Positions 9,079 through 19,501 are shown, numbered from the stretch's first letter. The stretch: 64,000 bases of DNA from an uncultured delta proteobacterium (GCA_963769935.1 CAVYNY010000008.1:96001-160000); one strand, 5' to 3'. Notes: generated by a model from the letters alone, not told the origin. Numbers and translations: made by a program.

Positions 9079-10893
9079 CTATCCACCGAATGCCGCTTCT
9101 GAAATTTCCATGGCCGCTCCATTACATTTGACGATGCCGTTCATTTTGCCGAGGGTTGTGGGAAGAATGGTGTGGATGAAAAATTCGGCGGTTTTGAGCT
9201 GGCCCTGGTAAAATTCGATATCCTTGTTTTTGGCCCCGGCCTCGATTTTTTGCTTTGCCAGAGCGGCCCGCCACAACAGCATCCAGGCCATGATGACATC
9301 GCCCATAACTTCCAGGAAAGGAAACGCGAAGGCAAAAGCCACTTTAAACTGGGATGACATGGCGGATTGGCCAAGGTGCATGGCAACCTCACCCAGACGG
9401 CCGACAACCCTTTCGACCTCGTCCGCAATTTCTTCCAATCCCTGGCTCTCCCGGGCCATGGCAATGGTTTTTTGAATTTCCCCCAGAAAACTCATGAAAA
9501 CGCGGCCCTTATCCATTCCCAGTTTACGCCCTAAAAGATCCATGGCCTGGATCCCGTCCGTACCCTCATATATCGAGGTAATCTTGCAATCCCTGACGAG
9601 CTGTTCGACCGGATATTCTTTGATGTAGCCGTATCCGCCGTAAACCTGGACGGCCTGGACGCAGACATCAAAACCGCGCTGGGCGCAATAAGCCTTCACC
9701 AGCGGCGTGAGCAAATCGGCAAATCCCGTATAATAGGCTTTTTCTTCTTCACTGCCGGCCAGGTCTTCCTTTTCGAGGCATTGGCCCACATAATAGACAA
9801 AACTGCGCATGCCGTCCACGAAAGCTTTCATTCCCAGCAGCATCCGACGTATATCCGGATGGCTGATGATAGCGACCTGGGGAGCGTTGGGATCCTTGCC
9901 CGCCGCGAGGTCCCGACCCTGAATACGCTCCCGGGCATAATTCAAGGCATATAAATAAGCCGTCGAAGCGTAATTGAACGCCTGAAAACCGACTCCCAGC
10001 CGGGCCTCATTCATCATGTAGAACATGATATTCATTCCCCGGCAAACTTCACCGAGCAGCCAACCGCGGCATTGCCCCTTGCCGCCCAAGGTTATACTGC
10101 AGGTGGAACTGGCATGGATACCCATCTTTTCCTCGATGCCCGTGCAAACCACATCGTTGGGTTGTCCCAGGCTGCCGTCCTCGTTGACCCAGATTTTGGG
10201 AACGATGAAGATGGAAATACCCTTGGTGCCCGACGGATCCCCTTCAATCCGTGCCAGAACCGGATGAATGATATTTTCCGTCAAATCATGTTCACCGTTG
10301 GTAATAAAGATTTTGTTGCCGGTGATGGAATAGGTGCCGTCGGCATTTTTGACTGCGCTGGTCGTCAGAGCGCCAACATCGGAGCCTGCCTGGGGCTCGG
10401 TCAGCAGCATGGTGCCGCCCCATTTACCGGTATAAAGCTTTTCAAGAAAAAGATCTTTTTGCCGGTCAGTGCCAAAAATCTCAATCATCTTTCCGGTGCC
10501 GTGCCCCATGCCGGCATAGTTGGTTACCGCCCAGTTGCCGCCGAACAGATATTCGCCCACCGCCAGGGAAATATTGACGGGAAGACCCTGCCCTCCCCAT
10601 GCGGGATCCTCCATCAGAGACGTCCATTCGCCTTCCAGAAGCAATTCAAATGCCCGATGAAAACACTCGGGGACCTTGACCTGACCATTTTCAAACTGCA
10701 GCCCGTCGCTGTCACCTTCAGCCGATGTCGGCAGCAGTTCCTTGACGGCAAAATTGCGGGCTTCAGTGATGATCATATCAAAAGTTTTTTTGTTGAAGTC
10801 TTTGTACTTATCGAGTTTCGTCAGCTCATCGACCTTTAACTGTTCGTAGAGCACAAAATCGATGTCCCGTCGATCGGCGATTACCTGAACCAT
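9079..10893 (-). CDS. Long (604 aa) acyl-CoA dehydrogenase
   Basis: GTMLLTEPQAGSDVG, ITGNKIFITNGEHD, GGYGYIKEYPVEQ, IYEGTDGIQAMDL. Confidence 0.95.
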   Translation of the reverse strand: MVQVIADRRDIDFVLYEQLKVDELTKLDKYKDFNKKTFDMIITEARNFAVKELLPTSAEGDSDGLQFENGQVKVPECFHRAFELLLEGEWTSLMEDPAWGGQGLPVNISLAVGEYLFGGNWAVTNYAGMGHGTGKMIEIFGTDRQKDLFLEKLYTGKWGGTMLLTEPQAGSDVGALTTSAVKNADGTYSITGNKIFITNGEHDLTENIIHPVLARIEGDPSGTKGISIFIVPKIWVNEDGSLGQPNDVVCTGIEEKMGIHASSTCSITLGGKGQCRGWLLGEVCRGMNIMFYMMNEARLGVGFQAFNYASTAYLYALNYARERIQGRDLAAGKDPNAPQVAIISHPDIRRMLLGMKAFVDGMRSFVYYVGQCLEKEDLAGSEEEKAYYTGFADLLTPLVKAYCAQRGFDVCVQAVQVYGGYGYIKEYPVEQLVRDCKITSIYEGTDGIQAMDLLGRKLGMDKGRVFMSFLGEIQKTIAMARESQGLEEIADEVERVVGRLGEVAMHLGQSAMSSQFKVAFAFAFPFLEVMGDVIMAWMLLWRAALAKQKIEAGAKNKDIEFYQGQLKTAEFFIHTILPTTLGKMNGIVKCNGAAMEISEAAFGG

Positions 10894-10984
10894 GGGTATT
10901 CTCCCTCCCCTTAGATTACTATCCTTTTCTCTCTAAAAATAGATAGCTGATGATGTGAAAAATATCTTCTAAGTGAATATCATG

Positions 10985-11198
10985 AAAATTCCAAGCACTA
11001 AAATCCAAATATCAAACAAATCCCAATGACACAAATTCAAAATTCCAAACAAAAACTTATTTTAAAGTTGTACCCAACGGTATCGTCACCGGTGTATCTA
11101 ATGCTGAGCGATGGGATCTTGCTTGGGTGTATGTTTAGGTCATTGACTATTGGAATTTGAGATTTTTTTGTGATTTGGTGCTTGAGATTTGAAATTTT
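10985..11198. repeat. Inverted pair of AAATCCA/AATTCCA-period arms (MITE-like)
   Basis: Left arm 10985-11050 and right arm 11132-11198 are imperfect reverse complements; sister copy at 41243-41404. Confidence 0.8.
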
Positions 11199-11265
11199 AT
11201 CGTCTGGTCCTCGAATACAACGGACCGCGAACAACTCAATCGAGTTTATTGTTTCGAATAGCGGG

Positions 11266-12015
11266 TTATAAACCCAGGTAAGTCTTCCGTAAGACCTCAT
11301 CCTTCATCAACTCTTTGCCGGACCCCTCTGCAATGATTTTGCCGGAAGAAAGAACGTAGTTGCGGTCGGCCATGGCAAACACCGCGCTGACTTCCTGTTC
11401 GACAAGCAGCACGGTGATTCCCATCTTGCGAATCTCTTTGATCTTTTTAAAAACCTCATTCTTCATGATCGGCGCCAGGCCGGTAGACGGCTCATCGATA
11501 CACAGCAGTTTGGGGCTGGACATTAACGCCCTGCCGACGGCTAACATCTGCTGCTCGCCGCCCGACAAGGTGCCGGAAATTTGATTGGCCCTTTCTTTTA
11601 AGACGGGAAATAATTTATACACGTTGTCGAGGTTCTGCTGGGTTTCGTTTTTGTCTTTCTGCAAATAAGCGCCGGCATACAAATTTTCCTTGACCGACAT
11701 TTCTCGAAACGGTCTCCTGCGCTCCGGACAATGAATCAGACCTTTCTGGGTAATCTTATGGGCCGGCGTGCGCTCTATGCGCTCCCCTTCAAACATCACA
11801 GTGCCTTCCAATGTGATGTCGCCCCCACGGGTGCCGCGTTTAATGCCTTTCTCCCAGATCACCAGACCGGTGACGGCCCGCAGCAAGGTAGATTTTCCGG
11901 CCCCGTTGGGGCCCACCAGGGCGACGAGCTCCCCCGCTTTAACATGCATGCTGATATCATTGATAATCATGGCCTTATCATAACAGACCGTCAGGTTGGA
12001 TATTTGCAGCAGCAC
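11266..12015 (-). CDS. livF: LIV-type ABC transporter ATP-binding subunit (LivF-like)
   Basis: GPNGAGKST, LSGGEQQMLAVGRALM, DEPSTGLAP, LLVEQ. Confidence 0.9.
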   Translation of the reverse strand: MLLQISNLTVCYDKAMIINDISMHVKAGELVALVGPNGAGKSTLLRAVTGLVIWEKGIKRGTRGGDITLEGTVMFEGERIERTPAHKITQKGLIHCPERRRPFREMSVKENLYAGAYLQKDKNETQQNLDNVYKLFPVLKERANQISGTLSGGEQQMLAVGRALMSSPKLLCIDEPSTGLAPIMKNEVFKKIKEIRKMGITVLLVEQEVSAVFAMADRNYVLSSGKIIAEGSGKELMKDEVLRKTYLGL

Positions 12016-12017
12016 GA

Positions 12018-12785
12018 TTATATGCCTCCTTCACCCAGATAGCACTCGATGACCTCCCTGTTCGTCACAACCTCAGCCGGCGGACAGTCCGCCACCAGAG
12101 TCCCATAGTTCAGGACAATGACGCGATCAACAATTTTCATCAGTTGCTGTAGCTTGTGTTCGATGATTATCATGGCGGGCCCTTCGCTGTGCAGTCTGCC
12201 GAAACGGCCGCCCTTGTGGAGGCGTTTGATCGACTTGGCCATCAAATCCGTTTCAGCCGGACTGAGTCCTCCGAAAGGTTCGTCCAGCAGCAGCAGTTCC
12301 GGTTCGGTGGCGATGGCGCGGGCCACCTCGAGCCGCTTGAGATCTCCCTGGGAGAGGGTCGACGCTTTTTCCAGGGCCATATCCGATATGCCGGCAAACT
12401 CAAGCGCATCCATGGCTTTGGCTTCGATGCGCTTGACCCATTCACCGCGTTTCATGGACCTGGGGCACAAACATGGCACCATGACGTTGGCAATGATCGG
12501 CAAGCGCCTGAAGGGCCGCATATTCTGAAATGTGCCGGCCACGCCGAGGTTGACAATATCCCAAATCTTCATCCGGGATATCGTTTGGCCTTTAAACCTG
12601 ACGTTGCCGGAATCCGGTTTTAAAATACCGGTGATCAACCGCAACAGCGTCGTTTTGCCGGCACCGTTGGGTCCGATCAAGCCGACGATTTCATTGCGGT
12701 TCATTTTAAACCTGACATCGCTGACAGCCCTCAATCCGCCAAAGCTCTTGGTAATCCCGTCGACTTCCAGAAAAGTCGCTGCCAT
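12018..12785 (-). CDS. livG: LIV-type ABC transporter ATP-binding subunit (LivG-like)
   Basis: FGGLRAV, GPNGAGKTT, LLLLDEPFGGL, IIEH. Confidence 0.9.
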   Translation of the reverse strand: MAATFLEVDGITKSFGGLRAVSDVRFKMNRNEIVGLIGPNGAGKTTLLRLITGILKPDSGNVRFKGQTISRMKIWDIVNLGVAGTFQNMRPFRRLPIIANVMVPCLCPRSMKRGEWVKRIEAKAMDALEFAGISDMALEKASTLSQGDLKRLEVARAIATEPELLLLDEPFGGLSPAETDLMAKSIKRLHKGGRFGRLHSEGPAMIIIEHKLQQLMKIVDRVIVLNYGTLVADCPPAEVVTNREVIECYLGEGGI

Positions 12786-12786
12786 C

Positions 12787-14496
12787 TCAGCTTTCCTCCG
12801 CCTCTTCTCTCAACTCGCGCCTTGAGACCTTGCCGACGTCCGTTTTCGGCAGTTCTCCGCGAAACTCGACAATACCGGGAACCTTGTAATGAGCCAGATT
12901 CTGGCGGCAAAACGCGATGATTTCTTCTTCGGATATTTTGCCCCGGGCTTCGCTTTGCAATACGACATAGGCCTTAATGATGTTGCCTACTTTGGGATCC
13001 GGCACGCCCACCACGCCGGCCGCCTTGACCTGCGGGTGACTGTACAACACTTCCTCCACATGCCGGGCAAAAACCGAATACCCTTTGTGTTTGATTAAAT
13101 CCCGCTTGCGATCAAAAAAGTAAAAATACCCCTCCTCATCCATGCGGACAAGATCTCCGGTCCGCAGCCATTTTTGGCCGTCAATCTCGAGAAATGTCTC
13201 GGAATCCGCTTCCGGGCGTTTCCAGTAGCCCTGCATGATGTTCGCACCGGACAATATTAGCTCACCTTCTTCTCCCACCGGGACAAACTCGCTTTCATCG
13301 ACCCCGATGATGGCGGCCCCCATGTCTGGAATCGGGACGCCGAAGGAACCGGACTTGGGACGCTGATAAGGGCTGGAGTGGCTAACGCCGGTCGTTTCCG
13401 TCATGCCGAATCCCTCCAGTATAATAGTTCCCGTGCGGCGCTCCCAGCCCTCAATGGTGGATTCATGCAGGGTATCCGCCCCGCAAACGATGGCCTTCAG
13501 GCGTTTCCAGTTTACCCGGTCGGTTTTATCGTGCTCTTTCAAATATTCGTAAAGCGTAGGAACCCCGTAAAAGGCGGATGCCTGATAACGCTCGACGGCT
13601 GTCAGAATGTCAGCCAGATCCGGCGTGGTGAACAGCACAATCGTATGGCCTTGGGTCAAACCGCCCAGCATCAAAACCACTTGCCCGTAGATATGAAAAA
13701 ATGGCAAAAACGCGATGACCGTCTCATTGCCTTCTTCCATAAACGGCCAGAAGGACCGCAACTGCTGCTGCAAAGATACCATATTGTAGTGGGTCAGCAT
13801 GGCCGCTTTCGGCAGCCCGGTGGTTCCGCCGGTGTACGGCAGAGCGGCCAGATCCGTCTTTGGATCTATTTTGATGTCCGGCGGCTGCGGCGGATACTTT
13901 CTCAAAAGATTATTGAAACCATGCAGCCCGGCCTGCTTCACCATTTCCGCTGTGGGTGCGCTGTGTCCCTGATACGCTTTGCTCATGGCGGCCTTGCCGA
14001 ATAGCTTTTTCAGCTTGGGGAGAAATTCGCCGATATTCGACAGAATGACCGTGTCCAATTCTACGCCGGATCTTTCGACATTGTCGTACAGTATGTCTTC
14101 GCAAACAACCGTTTTGGCTTCGCTGTCGACCAGCTGATGTTTGACTTCCTTGCTTGTATAAACCGGGCTGATAGGCGTTATCTTGGCTCCCGCCTTTAAA
14201 GCCCCGAAATATGCGATCACGTACTGGGGACTATTCAATAGATACAGGGCTACCGTGTCGCCCTTCTTAACTCCGAGATCGACCAGCGCAGCGGCAAATC
14301 GGTTGGTTAGCTCCTTGAGCTCCCGGTAGCTGATTTTCTTGCCGTAAAAAATCAACGCGGTTTTGCTGCTGTACTTGTCGGCCATCTGCTCGAAGAGCGC
14401 CGGAACAGAAATTGCGGGGACCTCCACTTCCGCCGGAACGCCGTCCGGATAGTACTTCAACCACGGTTTGCTCAGATAATATTCTTTAGGATCCAT
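12787..14496 (-). CDS. Long-chain fatty-acid--CoA ligase (FadD-like)
   Basis: YTGGTTGLPKAAMLTH, EGFGMTET, WLRTGD, AHYKVP, LPKTDVGKV. Confidence 0.93.
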   Translation of the reverse strand: MDPKEYYLSKPWLKYYPDGVPAEVEVPAISVPALFEQMADKYSSKTALIFYGKKISYRELKELTNRFAAALVDLGVKKGDTVALYLLNSPQYVIAYFGALKAGAKITPISPVYTSKEVKHQLVDSEAKTVVCEDILYDNVERSGVELDTVILSNIGEFLPKLKKLFGKAAMSKAYQGHSAPTAEMVKQAGLHGFNNLLRKYPPQPPDIKIDPKTDLAALPYTGGTTGLPKAAMLTHYNMVSLQQQLRSFWPFMEEGNETVIAFLPFFHIYGQVVLMLGGLTQGHTIVLFTTPDLADILTAVERYQASAFYGVPTLYEYLKEHDKTDRVNWKRLKAIVCGADTLHESTIEGWERRTGTIILEGFGMTETTGVSHSSPYQRPKSGSFGVPIPDMGAAIIGVDESEFVPVGEEGELILSGANIMQGYWKRPEADSETFLEIDGQKWLRTGDLVRMDEEGYFYFFDRKRDLIKHKGYSVFARHVEEVLYSHPQVKAAGVVGVPDPKVGNIIKAYVVLQSEARGKISEEEIIAFCRQNLAHYKVPGIVEFRGELPKTDVGKVSRRELREEAEES

Positions 14497-14527
14497 ATGG
14501 GTCGAATCTCCTCACTGGTGAACATAT

Positions 14528-14650
14528 CCCTATTTATTTCCCTTTATCCTTTCACCTTTGACCTTTATCCTTTAACCTATTCTGCTATCAGCTGTGAGTC
14601 ATGAGCTATACCCTGTCAACTATGAACCATCAGCTATGTACAATGAACTG
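14528..14650. repeat. Heptamer arms (CCTTTAT/CCTTTCA; GCTATCA/ACTATGA)
   Basis: cctttatcctttcacctttgacctttatcctttaacct followed by the reverse complement of the AGCTCAT family. Confidence 0.8.
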
Positions 14651-14657
14651 CTCTACT

Positions 14658-15698
14658 TCAATGCATCTCCGCAGCGCAAATCCGGCAGGTTTTGCGGGTG
14701 GCAACGTTGCGAACCTTGCACCGCGGGCAGACGTTTTCAATTTTGTCGCGCAGCCACGGCAGCAATCCCTCCGGCATGTACAAAAGGATCAGCAAAATAA
14801 CGAAAGCGAACATAAGCGTACGAAACTGCGGCCAAATGCGGAAGAACTCCAACAATGGAAATAAAATAAACACCGCCCCGACCGGTCCCCAGATGGTAAC
14901 TATCCCGCCGAAGACGGACCAGATCACCACCTGAAACGACATGGACACCTCCAGGGTTGACGGCCCCGCAATACGCATAAAATGGGCATAGAGCCCGCCG
15001 GCTATTCCGGCAAAAAACCCGCTGAGACAAAACGCCAGCAGTTTGTAGCGGGTCGTATTGATGCCGGCCGCCCGCACCGCAACTTCGTCTTCCCGGATGG
15101 AGTGAAAAATAATGCCGATATGAGAATCGGTTATTTTCCACATAACGGTCACCAGCACGAGCATGACCACGACGGTTATGTAGTAGGCGACCACCCGGGA
15201 GTGGACAAGGCGATCCAAACCGGAAATACCCAGTTCGCCGCCGGTTATCCCGGGGATCGCGAACACGATACCCAGCAAAATAATGGGAAATGCCAGGGTG
15301 GTTAATGAAAGGTAGGTGCCCCTTAATCTCAGGCAGGGTATGCCGATAATCAACCCCGCCAGTACGGCCCCCATGGCGCCCAGCGGGATACTGCCCCAGG
15401 GCGGCAGGTGCAGATGCTGGTTCAGCAATGCCGCACCGTAAGCGCCGACGCCGAAGAAAAGGGCATGACCGAAATTCATCTGACCGGTGAAGCCGGATAA
15501 GAGGTCCCAACTGGCCGCCAGAATGGCGAAGATGCTGGTCAAGATCAGGATTCGCAGAAAATACGGATCATCGGTTACGAGAGGCAGTACAAGCAACACT
15601 AAAATGAATAGGGCCACGAAGATTCTGCTCGGCAGAACCAGCACCTCGTTTTTTATAGTGGCAATCAAACTGCGGATGTAAAAACGAATCAGATCCAT
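14658..15698 (-). CDS. livM: LIV-type ABC permease (LivM-like) with a C-terminal CxxC..CxxC tail
   Basis: SWDLLSGFTGQMNFGHALFFGVGAY, RLRGTYLSLTTL, IREDEVA; tail CPRCKVRNVATRKTCRIC. Confidence 0.9.
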   Translation of the reverse strand: MDLIRFYIRSLIATIKNEVLVLPSRIFVALFILVLLVLPLVTDDPYFLRILILTSIFAILAASWDLLSGFTGQMNFGHALFFGVGAYGAALLNQHLHLPPWGSIPLGAMGAVLAGLIIGIPCLRLRGTYLSLTTLAFPIILLGIVFAIPGITGGELGISGLDRLVHSRVVAYYITVVVMLVLVTVMWKITDSHIGIIFHSIREDEVAVRAAGINTTRYKLLAFCLSGFFAGIAGGLYAHFMRIAGPSTLEVSMSFQVVIWSVFGGIVTIWGPVGAVFILFPLLEFFRIWPQFRTLMFAFVILLILLYMPEGLLPWLRDKIENVCPRCKVRNVATRKTCRICAAEMH

Positions 15699-15700
15699 AC

Positions 15701-16570
15701 TTATCTCTCTTCTTCAAATGCGATACCGAATAGGCCTTCCGGCCTGATCAACAACACCAAAATCATGATCGAAAGCGCCACCGAACCTTTCAAAAATGCC
15801 CCCATCGGCAAAATAAATACGACCAGTGCTTCAGCAAAGGCAAGGATATAAGCGGCAACAAAGCTGCCTTTGATGCTGCCCAGTCCGCCGAGCACCACCA
15901 CTGCCAACATCATTATCAAAGGCTGCAGCCACATGAAAGGCTCCACGATGGTCAGGGGTACGATGACGGCACCCGTGAAACCGGCCAGCGCGATCGAAAT
16001 GCCCACTGTCACCATTGCCACCCGGCTCTCATTCATGCCCATCAGGTTGGCAACTTCCCGGTCCTGGGCTGTAGCCCTGATGGCCAGACCCAGCCTGGTT
16101 TTCATCAATAACGCCCTCAGAAGGGCCAGTATCAGCAGGGCGGAGGCAACGGTAACCAGCTGCTGATAAAAGGCTTTGACGCCGAAAATCGTAAAATACC
16201 CGGGGACCAGGGGGGGAACGCTCAGGTAATCGCCGGAAAATATCAGCAGCATAACCTCCTGCAGCGCAATTGCCAGGGCAATGGTGGCAATCAGGACCGC
16301 CCCTTCGTGCTCGCGGATCGGATCAATGAATATTTTATAGGCAATCAGGCCTACCAGGGTTGCGACGACGACGCCACTCAACATGCCGATAACCGGATGC
16401 AAGCCTAATTTAACAGTCACGAAATAAATACAATAGGCGGCCACCATGTAAAATGCGGTATGAGCTATGTTGACGATCCGGGCAACACCAAATACAAGCG
16501 AAAATCCGATGGCCAGCAACGCATAGGTGCTGCCGTTGATCAGGGTGGTGATAAGGATGTCCAGTATCAT
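15701..16570 (-). CDS. livH: LIV-type ABC permease (LivH-like)
   Basis: YALLAIGFSLVFGVARIVNIAH, TRLGLAIRATAQD, VVLGGLGSIKG, RPEGLFG. Confidence 0.9.
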   Translation of the reverse strand: MILDILITTLINGSTYALLAIGFSLVFGVARIVNIAHTAFYMVAAYCIYFVTVKLGLHPVIGMLSGVVVATLVGLIAYKIFIDPIREHEGAVLIATIALAIALQEVMLLIFSGDYLSVPPLVPGYFTIFGVKAFYQQLVTVASALLILALLRALLMKTRLGLAIRATAQDREVANLMGMNESRVAMVTVGISIALAGFTGAVIVPLTIVEPFMWLQPLIMMLAVVVLGGLGSIKGSFVAAYILAFAEALVVFILPMGAFLKGSVALSIMILVLLIRPEGLFGIAFEEER

Positions 16571-16598
16571 ATACCCTCGCTGGTTCGACAAAAAACAG

Positions 16599-16650
16599 GG
16601 TTTTGGGTTTGGGGTCGAAGCCCGAAGGGCGTAGCCCCAAACCCAAAACC
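16599..16650 (-). terminator. Strong hairpin between the binding-protein and permease genes (terminator or mRNA-stabilising stem)
   Basis: GGTTTTGGGTTTGGGG...CCCCAAACCCAAAACC, followed on the minus strand by a T-run. Confidence 0.65.
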
Positions 16651-16656
16651 AATTTC

Positions 16657-17973
16657 CTATTTTTTATATTTTTCCACAATCCACGGCGCAATCTTGTAAG
16701 GTACGATTCCCTTGTACGTGACTTCAGGGGCCCCTGGGGCGGCCTTCCATTTATTCGGCCAGACACCTACCTGCTCGCCGTCCTGCCATTGGGTGCCCAG
16801 ACTGGTCAGATAGCCCGGACCCCACTTCAGATCATGCAGCGGCCGGCCCTGCTCGTCTTTGGTATATTCGACCGTCCCCGCCGGCGACTTAAACTTCCGC
16901 GTTTCCATAACCTTGATGAGTCGATCCGCATCAAGGGTCCCGGTCATTTCGATCACCGGCACAATATTGTAAATGATCATCGCATAAGTGTCCGCAGTAT
17001 AAGTCGGTGTCTCGCCAAATTTTTTAACATATGTTTCAACAAAGGGTTTTGTCAGGTCATTGACCTCGACATTTCGGTTATAGGTATTGTCCGTCATGAC
17101 ATAGTTGCCGAAGCCCTGGGTGGCCTGCCAGAAACCGTCCTTTTGCGCTTCGACATTGATACCGACCTGGGCGGCCGGAATTTTGAGTTCGCCGGCCTGC
17201 CGGGCGAAGGGAATACCGACCGAAGATGAAAAGAAGTCTAAAATGACATGGGTATCGGCCCGCTGAATGGCCGAAAGCTCGGCGGTCACATCCGTGGCTA
17301 CGGGGGACGGGCGCCAGACACCGGAAATTTCATAGCCCAGTTTAGGGACGAATCCCTGGGCGGCGGGAATCAAAGGGTCCGCCCACATGGCTTTTTCGGC
17401 CACCACGGCCACCCGCAGCTTGGGAATGTTCAAGGTGGCCTTCATGATGCCGGCCACCGTGGCCATTTGAATGAACGCCGTCTTAACCAGGTAGGTGGAA
17501 TTAAAGGGAGTTCCCCGGAAAAAGTATTTGTAGGTATCATAATCTTTGGCGACCCTCAGGCACAGTTCGGGAGAGGCCGCGCCGCAATCGATAAATATTT
17601 TTTTGTAGTCCATGGCGATATCCTGCATCGCCAGAACCGCCTCACTCCTGAAACCGCCCACCACAAAATCAACCTTTTCCCTAGTCATCAACAGTTCCAT
17701 GGCATTGGTCGCATCGGTGATGCTTAGGAATTCATTGGAGTCGGCTTTCACCACCTCGATTTTCATTTTTTTGTCGCCGACCTTGACGCCGCCTCTGGCA
17801 TTGATCTCCTCGGCTGCCATGACGGCGCCGTTCCATTGGCCTTTGCCCTGTAAGAACTGCATGGGTCCGATGACACCGATTTTAATCGTTTTCGCTCCCA
17901 AGGCCGGAAAGCAGACGGCCATGATTAGAAAACACGATAGGATAATAATCCAAAATGATTTAAAGTATTTCAT
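16657..17973 (-). CDS. LIV-family ABC substrate-binding protein
   Basis: Signal peptide, IKIGVIGP, AAEEINARGG, VDFVVGGFRSE. Confidence 0.9.
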   Translation of the reverse strand: MKYFKSFWIIILSCFLIMAVCFPALGAKTIKIGVIGPMQFLQGKGQWNGAVMAAEEINARGGVKVGDKKMKIEVVKADSNEFLSITDATNAMELLMTREKVDFVVGGFRSEAVLAMQDIAMDYKKIFIDCGAASPELCLRVAKDYDTYKYFFRGTPFNSTYLVKTAFIQMATVAGIMKATLNIPKLRVAVVAEKAMWADPLIPAAQGFVPKLGYEISGVWRPSPVATDVTAELSAIQRADTHVILDFFSSSVGIPFARQAGELKIPAAQVGINVEAQKDGFWQATQGFGNYVMTDNTYNRNVEVNDLTKPFVETYVKKFGETPTYTADTYAMIIYNIVPVIEMTGTLDADRLIKVMETRKFKSPAGTVEYTKDEQGRPLHDLKWGPGYLTSLGTQWQDGEQVGVWPNKWKAAPGAPEVTYKGIVPYKIAPWIVEKYKK

Positions 17974-18604
17974 GACAGCCCTCCTTTTGGTTTAGGTTTG
18001 CAATAAAGTCACCATTTAGATAAGTGAATTCCTCAAGGGTTAATATTACATTATTGGCTGCAAAATGAAGCATTATCATTTGTTCCTCAGGGTGGATGGC
18101 GGGTGAGATAAAAATTATTTCGCAAAAGGGTTGATTCTATACCGTATCGTCATAGTCTAACCGTTCAAATAATGTCAAGTGGAAATTTTATTTTTTTTTA
18201 TTGACAAATATATCTAATATTATAAGTCCTGTTTGTGTGCAACGAGATACACGCTTTTCATGTAATTGATTGCACGCCCAGGAGGATAAATTTTTGCCGA
18301 TCTATAGTTCGAAAGACGGCAACCCAGTTCAATTAACTTGGGAGTAATGGAGTAGTGAAGTAAAAAGGTTTCAGGTGTCAGGAACTGAATGTCAAAAGAA
18401 AGAAAAAAGATCGCTATCCATGCGTGCCACCTTCTGAATTTTTAGATCCGTTCTGTAAACCAGGTTTGGGATTTCGAATTTTGTTCATTGTGATTTGTTT
18501 GGAATTTGTTGTTTGATATTTTCTAACTGCTGACACCTGAAACCATAATTTTCTGACAACCTGTTGCCTAGTACAGAAGGTCTATCGGCCTAGGAGGAGA
18601 TACG

Positions 18605-19474
18605 ATGGAAAATGTCATGGTGGTCGGCGCGGGTTTCATGGGTTCCGGTATCGCCCAGGTGTGTGCCCAAAAAGGATTCAAGGTTTATCTGATGGATGTG
18701 AATGAGAATGCACTTGACAAAGCGCTCAGCGCAATCGAGTGGTCCCTGGAGAAATTCTCAGCAAAAGGATTTTTAACAGAACCGCCGACCACGATATTGG
18801 AAAGAATTGCGCCTGTGAATGGTTTGCGCCGGGCTGCCGATGTCGATTGGGTCATCGAAGCGGCCTTTGAAGAGCTGGACCTGAAGAAAAAAATATTCAG
18901 GGAACTCGACAGCCTGGCGCCTGCAGAAACGATCCTGGCCAGCAACACCTCTTCCATTCCGGTTAGCCGCCTAGCCGAAGTAACCCATACCCCGGAAAGA
19001 GTTCTGGGACTTCACTTTTTCGGACCGGTGCCCTTCATGGGTTTAGTGGAGGTGGTCAAAGGAGGAAAAACATCTGAGAAAACCTTTAACCGCGGGGTTG
19101 AATTCGTCAAATCCCTCGGCAAAACACCGGTCAGGGTTCATAAAGATATTCCCGGATTTGTGATGAACCGGATATTTGGAGCTGCATTTCGCGAGTGTGT
19201 GGATCTGGTTGCCGAGGGAGTCACCAGCCCGGAGGACATTGACACCGGCATGCGGCTGGGATACGGCTGGAATATCGGACCATTTGAGATTGCCGACAAT
19301 GCCGGCTTGGACACTTTCGTACGGGTCGGCAAGACCATGCAGGCACTGGGTGAAGATCACCTGGTGGCAAAGTCCGACCTCATGCTGAAGATGGTCGAGC
19401 AGGGCCGGCTGGGCAGAAAGGTGGGCTTTGGATTTTACAGATACGGAAAGGATGGGAAAAAGGTAAGAAGGTGA
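18605..19474 (+). CDS. 3-hydroxyacyl-CoA dehydrogenase (second paralog)
   Basis: GAGFMGSGIAQ, ASNTSSIP, GLHFFGPVP, PGFVMNRI; AGGAGG RBS. Confidence 0.92.
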   Translation: MENVMVVGAGFMGSGIAQVCAQKGFKVYLMDVNENALDKALSAIEWSLEKFSAKGFLTEPPTTILERIAPVNGLRRAADVDWVIEAAFEELDLKKKIFRELDSLAPAETILASNTSSIPVSRLAEVTHTPERVLGLHFFGPVPFMGLVEVVKGGKTSEKTFNRGVEFVKSLGKTPVRVHKDIPGFVMNRIFGAAFRECVDLVAEGVTSPEDIDTGMRLGYGWNIGPFEIADNAGLDTFVRVGKTMQALGEDHLVAKSDLMLKMVEQGRLGRKVGFGFYRYGKDGKKVRR

Positions 19475-19501
19475 GAAGCAGGGAGGCGAAAGGAAGATAA
19501 A

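Noticed and set aside
18230..18345. Riboswitch (c-di-GMP-like) upstream of the second Hbd
   Set aside because: A TTGCCG..CGGCAA stem with GAAA is present but I could not match the conserved core of any known family.
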